Assembly (NCBI GenBank): GCA_963555815.3
Contig: CAUVWX020000001.1
Location: forward strand, 988,633 to 1,052,632
Direction of reading: 5' to 3'
Length of the DNA stretch: 64,000 nt
DNA from: a bacterium
GTDB taxonomy: Bacteria; UBA8248; JACPRG01; G963555815
The position numbers and the translations under genes were made by a program. The stretch's first letter is position 1, and every line of letters begins with the position of its first letter. Shown piece by piece: positions 27,911-35,618 of this stretch. A model generated the notes under the pieces. It ran no database searches, was not told the origin of the DNA, and was given only the letters and a program-made list of their open reading frames with translations.

Positions 27911-29430
27911 ATGAAAGCCGCTATTCGGTTAAAAGAAAAGGGCGGTTCGGTCCGAGAGTTTCGCGCCGGGGAGATTCAGATCGGATCTTCGGAGGGGTGC
28001 GATCTCCGTTTTGACCCGGAGATTTATCCCAGCGTCTCTGAACGACACGCGACCATCGCCTTCGAGTGCAGCCTCTATGTCCTCTACGACAACGATTCTG
28101 CCCGGGGCACCTTCGTCAACGGGCGGCGGACCTCTCTTGTGAGGCTCCAGAATGGAGATGAGATCCAATTTGGACAGGGGGGCCGAAGTGTGTCTTTGAG
28201 GGAGAGTCCCCACTGGCTACCCGGCTGAAATTCGTCACTGGCCGGTGCCGGGTGGATGCGAAGATGCTGCAGGCCCTGGTCCAGAACTCGCTGGATTCGG
28301 TAGCGACAGGGAAAGTGAAAGACCGGGATGAGGTCGCCGGCTTTGTCCAGGAGGTCCTGAAGCGGGCGAAGCTGCAGCACTCGCTTCGCCTTCTTGGGGT
28401 GGCGATTTTGGGATTTTTCTTCCTGGCTCTCTCGGTGGTGGGGATCTTTCTATGGACGGGGAATTCCCTAACGGAGCTGGAGGAGAGGACGGCCCGCCGG
28501 GAGGCGGCAACGCGCCAGCGGGAGGCCGAGTTGGCAAGGGCGGGGGTGATGCGAGAGAGTGAGCTCCGCCTTCAGATTGAAGCGCTCACGACCCAGTTGG
28601 ATCAAACGAGGGCCGCCACCTCGACAGAGGCAAGGGCCTTGACATCTGCTTTGAGGCACCTCAGGGCGGAGTTGGCGCAGGCCCTTGAGGACAGCCAGCA
28701 CAGTTTTATTGCCATCGCCCAGCGAAACCAGGGGGCGGTGGTCCTGCTCCACCACATGTACCAAGCGGTGAGCCAAGAAACGGGCCGCCCTATTCAGATC
28801 ATCGGCGAGAATGCCGACGGAAGCCCAATCTTCGGTGAGGATGGGGAGGGGATCCCTGCGATCCTGACGGCGCAAGGAACAGGCTTCGTCGTTGACCCCC
28901 AGGGGACAATCTTGACGATCCGCCATATCGTCGAGCCGTGGCAGGGGGATGAGCGTTTCCGCCGTCTGGGATTCTCAGGAAAGACTCTCGAGCTGACGGC
29001 CACTTTCGTCGACACAGACCGGGCACTTCCTGTGCGAGTTCTTCAGGTGTCCCAGGACGTGGATGCTGCCTCCCTGCGGGTTGAGCCTTTTCATGGGATG
29101 CGAGTGATCGAGAGCATCGCGCCCGATCTGTCTAAACTCCGCCAGGGACAGCGGATCACCATCATTGGGTTCCCCACCACCACCGAAGACGGGAGGGCCA
29201 TCACCTCCCTCACCACGGGTGTTATCAGCAAGGTGAGCCTCGACAAGGGGATCCAGTTCGACGCGGCCGTGAACCCGGGGAGCAGTGGGGGTCCCATTTT
29301 TAATGAGCAGGGAGAGGTGATCGGCGTTGTCTACGGGATCGGTGTGGGCCACGAAGGCGGCCGCCTCCACGGGGTCTATTACGGTGTCCCCATCCAGTTT
29401 GCCCTGACCCTCGTCGCGGAGGTTAAGTAA
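27911..29430 (+). pseudogene. FHA domain - TM - coiled coil - trypsin-like serine protease protein, paralog 2, frame-disrupted at G6 run 28177-28182
   Basis: The ATG at 27911 follows GGAGAAGG. Frame 2 (track 27842-28228) changes to frame 1 (track 28252-29430). Frame 1 reads GGPKCVFEGESPLATRLKFVTGRCRV, colinear with GGPSLLFEGESMAVSRLKFVTGQCRV of paralog 1. Confidence 0.75.
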
Positions 29431-29476
29431 TCCTCCTCTCCTGCCCAGGGCCCGACCGGGATCTATCGCTGGTATC

Positions 29477-29500
29477 GAGGATGTACAAGAGGATGTACAA
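29477..29500 (+). promoter_or_regulatory. Perfect 12-bp tandem direct repeat GAGGATGTACAA x2 (candidate regulator binding site)
   Basis: Read directly. Each unit contains the palindrome TGTACA. It lies 60 bp upstream of the -35 element at 29560. Confidence 0.35.
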
Positions 29501-29559
29501 ATAGACCTCAAAAGGAGCCCGGGGGTGTCCCATATCTTGTGATGGACCGAGACACGGCC

Positions 29560-29589
29560 TTGACTCAACGTCGGTATGCTTGTTATAAT
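29560..29589 (+). promoter_or_regulatory. Sigma70-like promoter TTGACT-18-TATAAT
   Basis: TTGACT at 29560-29565 and TATAAT at 29584-29589, upstream of the CdnL-like gene. Confidence 0.6.
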
Positions 29590-29746
29590 TCTAATTTAGG
29601 TTTTGGGGAGACAACCCCAACCCATTATCATAGCTTGATATCCATTTGATTTTATTAGTACTTGCTGGGGGCTATTGGCTCCGGGCCGGACTTTTAATTT
29701 TTTTACGCCATTTTGTGGGCACCGGACCTGAGGAGGAAACCTCTTC

Positions 29747-30448
29747 ATGGCAGCAAAAGACGGTAAGGCCACCTTTAGGAAGGGTGAAAAGATCATCTAC
29801 CCCTTTCACGGGAGGGGGAAGATCCTCGGCCTCGTTCGCAGGGATCTGGTCGGTGGTCTGATGAAATTTTATGAGATCCAGCTGGACAATCAGCCGGACG
29901 CTTCCATCTATGTCCCCCTGAGTGTGGCAAAAGGTCTTGGGCTCCGTCGGCCTATGCGGAAAAAAGACGTGGGCAATATTATTGCAACCTTGAAATCCAG
30001 GGAGCCGGAGGAGGACGTAGAGCTCAACTGGAGAACCTGGAAGAAGCGCTACGAGGAGCAGAAAGAGACTCTTCGACAGGGGAGCGCCACTGGCCTCGCC
30101 GCGGTGGTCCGAAACCTCCACGAGTTTTCCAGAGGCCGATCCTTTAGTAGCAAAGAGCTGAGACATCTCTACGAAGATACTCATGAGCAGCTCGTCGAGG
30201 AACTTGCCGAGGCCCTGGGTAGCAAGGAGACGAAGGAGAAGCGGGCGAGACAGATGGTGGAGAGGGCCCTCAAGGGAAACGCGAAAAATTCAGGGGTGCG
30301 CTCAGGAAATTCAAAAGGACACGAAAAGAGTTCAAAAGTGCTGACAAAGAAAGCAAAGGTGCGAACAAAAAGTTCGAAGGTAAAGAGTTCAAAAACGCTG
30401 ACAAAGAAATCAAGGGTGCGAACAAAAAGTTCGAAGGTAAAGAGTTAA
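29747..30448 (+). CDS. cdnL: CarD/CdnL-family RNAP-interacting regulator with Lys-rich C-terminal extension (as read in this frame)
   Basis: It has an N-terminal CarD_CdnL_TRCF-like domain (FRKGEKIIYPFHGRGKILGL..FYEI...ASIYVP) and a CdnL-like helical second domain. The tail KSSKVLTKKAKVRTKSSKVK.. is encoded by 57-bp tandem repeats. GGAGGA lies upstream of the ATG. Confidence 0.8.
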   Translation: MAAKDGKATFRKGEKIIYPFHGRGKILGLVRRDLVGGLMKFYEIQLDNQPDASIYVPLSVAKGLGLRRPMRKKDVGNIIATLKSREPEEDVELNWRTWKKRYEEQKETLRQGSATGLAAVVRNLHEFSRGRSFSSKELRHLYEDTHEQLVEELAEALGSKETKEKRARQMVERALKGNAKNSGVRSGNSKGHEKSSKVLTKKAKVRTKSSKVKSSKTLTKKSRVRTKSSKVKS

Positions 30449-30498
30449 AAAGTGCGCTTAAAGAGTTCCAAGGTGCGGGCGAAGAGTTTGAAGGCGCG
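30328..30498 (+). repeat. 57-bp (19-codon) tandem repeat x3, third unit diverged
   Basis: Units are 30328-30384, 30385-30441 and 30442-30498, with a further degenerate unit upstream from about 30283. Confidence 0.9.
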
Positions 30499-30521
30499 GA
30501 CAAGGAGATCAAAGGCACGCC

Positions 30522-30755
30522 ATGGAAAAAAAGGCAGGTAAACAGGAGACTTGTCAGGTCCTTCAGTGCGAGAATCCGCCTGTGGCGGATGCCTACTGCG
30601 AGGCCCACCTGGAGAGGCTTGAGCGCCTGAGGGAAGCAAACGAAAACCTAAAGCTCTACTACCTGCGGGCGCGCCAGGACGCCACCGCCGCCGAGGGGAC
30701 TATCAAGGAGACTAATCCGGCCTTTGAACAGGTAGAAAAGTTACTCGAGGATTGA
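30522..30755 (+). CDS. Hypothetical 77-aa protein (Cys/His cluster + coiled coil); may be the C-terminus of the CdnL-like gene
   Basis: ORF with CQVLQCENPPVADAYCEAH followed by LERLERLREANENLKLYY. It starts inside an A7 run and sits one frame below the repeat-region frame. Confidence 0.45.
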   Translation: MEKKAGKQETCQVLQCENPPVADAYCEAHLERLERLREANENLKLYYLRARQDATAAEGTIKETNPAFEQVEKLLED

Positions 30756-30836
30756 TCACTCGCTGACTCTCTCACCGACTGGCCGCCGATGGGCTCTCGG
30801 ACTATAGAGCAGAGGCCCTGGCCCCGCAAAAAAAGA

Positions 30837-30864
30837 TTGACAAGCGGCAGCGGTGAGGCACAAT
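30837..30864 (+). promoter_or_regulatory. Promoter TTGACA-16-CACAAT upstream of the Moco riboswitch
   Basis: TTGACA at 30837-30842 and CACAAT at 30859-30864. Confidence 0.45.
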
Positions 30865-30870
30865 AGTTTC

Positions 30871-30976
30871 TCGAATATGCGTTCTCCGAAGCCACTGAGA
30901 GTCTGGATTGACCAGCTCCCTTGGCCGATAGGGTTAGGCGGGTGACTGTCTGGCCTCCCGTGTTTGGAAAGGAGAG
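30871..30976 (+). promoter_or_regulatory. Molybdenum cofactor (Moco) riboswitch
   Basis: The 3' part GGCCUCCCGUGUUUGGAAAGGAGAGC closely matches the E. coli moaA leader CGCCUCCCGUAUCUGGAAAGGUGUAC as I recall it. The 5' UUCUCCGAAGCC can pair (CUCC/GGAG) with the SD-containing 3' end. It lies directly upstream of moaA. Confidence 0.75.
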
Positions 30977-30983
30977 CGTTGAC

Positions 30984-32123
30984 TTGGAATACGTGGGTCA
31001 GCGTTCAGTTTTTTCTAAGCGCTGGCCCTTTTATTTTGGAGTGAGGAGTGAAGAGATGCCGCGTGACTTAGTAGATGAGCGAATGAACGCCAGCCTGGCC
31101 GAGTTGCCCGTGCTGCCAGCCATAGCGGAGAAGGGCCGGATGTCGGACGGGTTCGGACGGCATATCACCTACATCCGGGTGTCCGTCACGGACCGTTGCA
31201 ACATCCGGTGTGTCTACTGTATGCCCGAGGAGGGGATGCCGTGGATCCCCAAGGAAAATTTCCTCACCTTCGAGGAATTGGCCACCATCCTCGGGGTGAT
31301 GGGGGAAATGGGGCTGGAGAAGGTCCGCGTCACCGGAGGCGAGCCTTTATTGCGAAGGGGCCTTCCCGAATTTATCAAGATGGTCCGCAACGTCCCCTCC
31401 GTGAAGCAGATTGCCCTCTCGACGAATGCCATCCTTTTTGAGGAACAAGGTCCTGCCCTCGTGGAGGCTGGCCTGAACCAGATCAACATTAGTCTCGACA
31501 CCTTCCAAGAGGAGAAATTCGTTCGGATCTCGCGAAGGGACTATCACAACAAGGTGATGCGAGGGATCGCTAAGGCCGAGGAGCTCGGGATCAATCCCCT
31601 GAAGATCAACTGCACCGTGCTCAAGGGGTACAACGACGACGAGATCCTCGACTTCGCCCACGTCACCCGCGAGCGCCCCTGGCATGTCCGGTTCATCGAG
31701 TTCATGCCCTTGGAGGGGAGCAGGGACCTGCAAAAGGACACCTATATATCCAACCAGGACATCCTCGACCGCCTCATGGAGGATGGAGAGCTCCAGCCGG
31801 TCGACCCGTTCGACAACGGGGGCCCGGCGGTCTATTACCAGTACCCGGGGGCGCCGGGGACCGTTGGCTTCATCGACCCCCTCAGCCACAATTTCTGCGC
31901 CCGGTGCAATCGGATGCGTCTGACAGCTCAGGGGGACCTTCGCCCCTGCCTTTTCTCGGACATTGAAGTCCCCTTGGGAGAGGTGCTGAGAGAGGGTGCC
32001 TCGCAGCAAGAGCTGAAGGACCTCATCCATCAGGCCCTTGGGGTGAAGCCCGAGAGACACTATCTTGTTGAAAAAGGGGCTGATGCGAGTCAGCTGATCG
32101 CCCTCTCCCAGGTGGGTGGCTGA
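30984..32123 (+). CDS. moaA: GTP 3',8-cyclase MoaA (radical SAM)
   Basis: It carries the radical-SAM motif VTDRCNIRCVYCMPEEG and C-terminal MoaA Cys motifs (CARCNRMRLT). The TTG at 30984 is 9 nt after AAGGAG. The alternative ATG at 31140 (MSDGFGRHITYIRVS) would give the usual length of about 327 aa. Confidence 0.88.
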   Translation: MEYVGQRSVFSKRWPFYFGVRSEEMPRDLVDERMNASLAELPVLPAIAEKGRMSDGFGRHITYIRVSVTDRCNIRCVYCMPEEGMPWIPKENFLTFEELATILGVMGEMGLEKVRVTGGEPLLRRGLPEFIKMVRNVPSVKQIALSTNAILFEEQGPALVEAGLNQINISLDTFQEEKFVRISRRDYHNKVMRGIAKAEELGINPLKINCTVLKGYNDDEILDFAHVTRERPWHVRFIEFMPLEGSRDLQKDTYISNQDILDRLMEDGELQPVDPFDNGGPAVYYQYPGAPGTVGFIDPLSHNFCARCNRMRLTAQGDLRPCLFSDIEVPLGEVLREGASQQELKDLIHQALGVKPERHYLVEKGADASQLIALSQVGG

Positions 32124-32163
32124 GAGCCCGCCGACTAGAGGAATCCTGTTGAATCTTTTGGCC

Positions 32164-32192
32164 TTGACAGAGAAGGGAACGAGATGCATATT
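32164..32192 (+). promoter_or_regulatory. isc operon promoter TTGACA-17-CATATT
   Basis: TTGACA at 32164-32169 and CATATT at 32187-32192. Confidence 0.45.
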
Positions 32193-32217
32193 ATAAGCGA
32201 CTCTTTTTATCGGAGAT
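32193..32217 (+). promoter_or_regulatory. Candidate IscR (type-1-like) operator
   Basis: ATAAGCGACTCTTTTTATCGGAGAT resembles the E. coli iscR type-1 site ATAGTTGACCAATTTACTCGGGAAT as recalled. It sits just downstream of the -10 element. Confidence 0.4.
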
Positions 32218-32248
32218 TAATCCGGTCGGGATTCGGGATTATTGAGAG

Positions 32249-32677
32249 ATGCTAGGTTTTACGAAGCGGACAGATTACGCCTTGATTGCGCTCTGTTGTC
32301 TAGCTGCCCAGGAAGAGGGTCAGCTGGTGACGAGCAGGGAGATTGCAGACGAGTATGAAGTGCCCCCCGAGATCCTGGCCAAGGTGCTTCAGAGGCTGGG
32401 TCGAGAGGGGATCGTGAATTCTTACCCTGGGCCTTCGGGCGGCTACGCTTTAGGGCGGGACCCTGACTTTATCAGTGTGGCGGAAGTGATGATGGCCATA
32501 GAGGGTCCCCTGAAGGTGGCGAGTTGCCTGAGGGAACGGGAAGGGATGAATCCATGTGCGGTGCTGGAGAGATGCATTGTCAAGAATCCCATTCTGGGTA
32601 TCCAGGGGAGGATCTTTGACCTTCTCGATAGCGTCACTCTAGCGGAAATTGCTCAACCCACGGGAGTTAGCTTATGA
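32249..32677 (+). CDS. iscR: Rrf2-family Fe-S cluster regulator IscR
   Basis: 142 aa with an Rrf2 wHTH domain ([11 protein letters not shown]...[22 protein letters not shown]) and Cys residues for cluster ligation. It is the first gene of the isc operon and overlaps iscS by ATGA. Confidence 0.88.
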   Translation: MLGFTKRTDYALIALCCLAAQEEGQLVTSREIADEYEVPPEILAKVLQRLGREGIVNSYPGPSGGYALGRDPDFISVAEVMMAIEGPLKVASCLREREGMNPCAVLERCIVKNPILGIQGRIFDLLDSVTLAEIAQPTGVSL

Positions 32678-33888
32678 AGCTGCCCATCTATATGGATAAC
32701 CACGCAACGACTCCTGTAGACCCTCGCGTGATGGAGGTGATGCTGCCTTACTTCCAGGGCGTGTTCGGGAACGCAGCGAGTCGAAATCACTCCTTTGGCT
32801 GGCGCGCTGAGGAGGCGGTGGATCGGGCTCGGGAACAGGTGGCCCAGCTGATCCACGCCGACGCCAAAGAGATTGTATTCACCAGCGGCGCCACGGAGTC
32901 GGACAACCTGGCCCTGAAGGGCGTCGCGGAGATGTACCGCGACAAGGGCAACCACATCATCACCTGTAACATTGAGCACAAAGCGATTCTGGACAGCGCC
33001 AAGCGCCTGGAACGCCAAGGATTTGAGGTAACCTATGTCCAGGTGGGCAGTGACGGCATTGTCTACCCGGAGATGATCGAAGAGGCCATCACAGACAAGA
33101 CCATCCTCATCTCCATCATGCTTGCCAACAACGAGCTCGGCACCATCAACCCCATCGCCAAGATCGGTCAGCTCGCCAAGTCCCGGGGGATCCTCTTCCA
33201 CACCGACGCCGTCCAGGGTGTCGGGAAGATCCCCGTCGATGTCAATGAGATGGGCATTGACCTCCTTTCCCTATCGGGCCATAAGATCTACGGGCCAAAG
33301 GGGATCGGGGCCCTCTATGTCCGGCGAAAGAAGCCTAGAGTGCGGCTTTCGCCCCTCATCGACGGTGGCGGACATGAACGCGGCATGCGTTCGGGGACCC
33401 TGAATGTGACGGGCATTATCGGCCTTGGAAAGGCCTGCGAGATCTGTCAGACGGAAATGGAAGAGGAAGCCAAACGTCTCACCGCCCTCCGCGAGAAGCT
33501 CCACCAAGGGATCACAAGCCAATTGGACGAGTGCTACGTGAACGGGCACCCCAGCCAACGCCTTCCCCACAGCCTCAATCTCAGCTTCTCCTATGTGGAG
33601 GGGGAGTCGATGTTGATGGGCCTAAACGACATCGCTCTTTCCTCGGGTTCGGCCTGCACCTCGGCGACACTGGAGCCCTCTTACGTCCTGAAGGCTATCG
33701 GACGGGGGGATGAGCTCGCTCACTCCTCCCTTCGGTTTGGTCTTGGCAGGTTCACCACGGAAGACGAAGTGGAATACGTCGTCGAGCGGGTCGTGGATGT
33801 TGTTAATCGGCTCCGAGAGATGTCGCCCCTCTATGAGATGGCCCAGGAGGGGATCGACATCACCAAAATTGAATGGGGAGAGCGTTGA
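32674..33888 (+). CDS. iscS: Cysteine desulfurase IscS
   Basis: 404 aa with [37 protein letters not shown] and SSGSACTSA. Confidence 0.95.
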   Translation: MKLPIYMDNHATTPVDPRVMEVMLPYFQGVFGNAASRNHSFGWRAEEAVDRAREQVAQLIHADAKEIVFTSGATESDNLALKGVAEMYRDKGNHIITCNIEHKAILDSAKRLERQGFEVTYVQVGSDGIVYPEMIEEAITDKTILISIMLANNELGTINPIAKIGQLAKSRGILFHTDAVQGVGKIPVDVNEMGIDLLSLSGHKIYGPKGIGALYVRRKKPRVRLSPLIDGGGHERGMRSGTLNVTGIIGLGKACEICQTEMEEEAKRLTALREKLHQGITSQLDECYVNGHPSQRLPHSLNLSFSYVEGESMLMGLNDIALSSGSACTSATLEPSYVLKAIGRGDELAHSSLRFGLGRFTTEDEVEYVVERVVDVVNRLREMSPLYEMAQEGIDITKIEWGER

Positions 33889-33928
33889 ACCGAGACGCTC
33901 GATCCGTTCAACCCAAAGGAGGCAGCAA

Positions 33929-34348
33929 ATGGCTTATAGCGACAAGGTAATTGATCACTTCAACAACCCCAGGAACCTAGGGAGCCTGGAAAAGACCGAC
34001 CCCCGCGTGGGGACGGGGCTCGCCGGCGCACCCGAGTGCGGCGACGTGATGAAGCTCCAGGTCAAGGTCAACGACGAAGGGGTCATCGAAGAGGCCAAGT
34101 TCAAGACTTTTGGCTGCGGGAGCGCCATCGCCAGCTCCAGCCTGGCCACCGAGTGGATGAAGGGGAAGACTCCGGACGAGGCGCTGACCATCAAGAACAC
34201 AGACATCGTCAATGAGCTGAGCCTCCCGCCGGTGAAGATCCACTGTTCGGTTTTGGCCGAAGACGCCATCCGGTCCGCCATCCATGACTTCCAGGAGAAG
34301 CAGGGACAGGCGAAGGCCCAGGAGGTGAGTCCCACGGCCGGGAGCTGA
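33929..34348 (+). CDS. iscU: Fe-S cluster scaffold IscU
   Basis: The ATG at 33929 follows AAAGGAGG. Motifs include MAYSDKVIDHFNNPRN, GAPECGDVM, FKTFGCGSAIASSS and LPPVKIHCS. Confidence 0.95.
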   Translation: MAYSDKVIDHFNNPRNLGSLEKTDPRVGTGLAGAPECGDVMKLQVKVNDEGVIEEAKFKTFGCGSAIASSSLATEWMKGKTPDEALTIKNTDIVNELSLPPVKIHCSVLAEDAIRSAIHDFQEKQGQAKAQEVSPTAGS

Positions 34349-34381
34349 GAAGGACCTAGACTACATAATCAGGAGGAATCC

Positions 34382-34726
34382 ATGACCACGGGGACAGAGA
34401 GTGCCATTTCGGTGAGTGAGACCGCCGTCACGGAGATTAAGCGGATCCTGGAGACCCAAAACCTCATGGATTACGCCCTGAGGCTTGGGGTCAAAGGGGG
34501 CGGGTGTTCAGGCCTTTCCTATACCCTGGGTTTTGATAACGAGGTCCGCCCCCAGGACAAGGTCATTGAGACCGATGGCGTCAAGGTCGTCGTCGATATG
34601 AAGAGCCTTCTCTACCTGAAGGGGACCACGCTGGACTTCTCCCAGGACATGATGGGCGGGGGCTTCAGGTTCGTGAACCCCAATGCTCAACGGAGCTGCG
34701 GCTGCGGAAGCTCCTTCTCCGCCTAA
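34382..34726 (+). CDS. iscA: Fe-S cluster insertion protein IscA/HesB family
   Basis: 114 aa with GGGCSGLSY and a C-terminal CGCGSSF. Confidence 0.92.
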   Translation: MTTGTESAISVSETAVTEIKRILETQNLMDYALRLGVKGGGCSGLSYTLGFDNEVRPQDKVIETDGVKVVVDMKSLLYLKGTTLDFSQDMMGGGFRFVNPNAQRSCGCGSSFSA

Positions 34727-34910
34727 ACCGCTTCGCAGAGGGAGGCGGGAATGTGGGCCCTCCTTCTTGAAGAGTCCGGAAGTGGTGGCTCGTGCCTTCA
34801 GTTCCTGACAGGAGGTGAGGCGGCGGGATATCCCGGGTTGGCTTTCCAAGGGGCTTTTTCAGGATGCGGTCGGAGGCCGTCGTCCGGAAGGGCCCTTTTT
34901 TTTGAGAGGA

Positions 34911-35618
34911 ATGAATCTGACTGTGTTGGAAATGGGAGACAAGAAAAAGACTCTTGGAGTTCACCTCTGCTGGAACTGCCAGCAGGAGACCGGCCCCTCT
35001 CCCTTTTGTGACCGTTGTCTCAAGATCCAGCCTCCAGGGCCGGAGATGGACTATTTCACTTTCATGGGCCTTTCCCTGGTTCCCAAGATCGACCTCAAGG
35101 CTTTGGAGGAGATCTTTCACAACCTCAGCCGCAAGCTGCACCCCGACTTCTATCAGGACAAAAGCGAGCGGGAAAAAGCCCTGAGCCTCGAAAACTCGGC
35201 TGTCCTCAACAGGGCCTACCGGACCCTTCGCGACCCGGTTCGGCGGGCCGAATACCTTGTCCAATTGGAGGAAGGGCCGGACGCCATATCCGGTAACCAC
35301 CCCCCGCAAGAGCTGCTCGAGGAGATCCTGGAGTATCACGAAAGACTTGAAGAACTTCGGGGGCTCTCTCCCAAGGATGAGGGACGGCGGGAGGAGATGG
35401 CCCAGGGCCTGGAACAGGTCAAGGCCCAGTTTCAGCGGAAGGAGGCGGACCTCTTTCAAGGTCTGGAGGATCTCTTCGAACGCTGGGACCAGAAGGAGCA
35501 GGAGGCCCGAAGGGCCCTCCTCGAGGAGACGAAGCGCCTCCTCTCCAAGCGCAATTACATCCGAAACGTGATCCGGGATATCGAGGACGCACTGACGCCC
35601 GAGGAGGCGTCCGCATGA
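34911..35618 (+). CDS. hscB: Co-chaperone HscB (J-domain) with N-terminal CxxC..CxxC finger
   Basis: It has a J-domain (DYFTFMGL...KLHPDFY) and the finger CWNCQQ..FCDRC. The start is uncertain (ATG at 34911 or 34932). It overlaps hscA by ATGA. Confidence 0.82.
   Translation: MNLTVLEMGDKKKTLGVHLCWNCQQETGPSPFCDRCLKIQPPGPEMDYFTFMGLSLVPKIDLKALEEIFHNLSRKLHPDFYQDKSEREKALSLENSAVLNRAYRTLRDPVRRAEYLVQLEEGPDAISGNHPPQELLEEILEYHERLEELRGLSPKDEGRREEMAQGLEQVKAQFQRKEADLFQGLEDLFERWDQKEQEARRALLEETKRLLSKRNYIRNVIRDIEDALTPEEASA

Noticed and set aside
30328-30498. The tandem repeats (also 56428-56463 and 62940-63056) as CRISPR arrays
   Set aside because: The units abut with no unique spacers, there are only 2-3 copies, two of the three arrays are in-frame coding repeats, and there are no cas genes.
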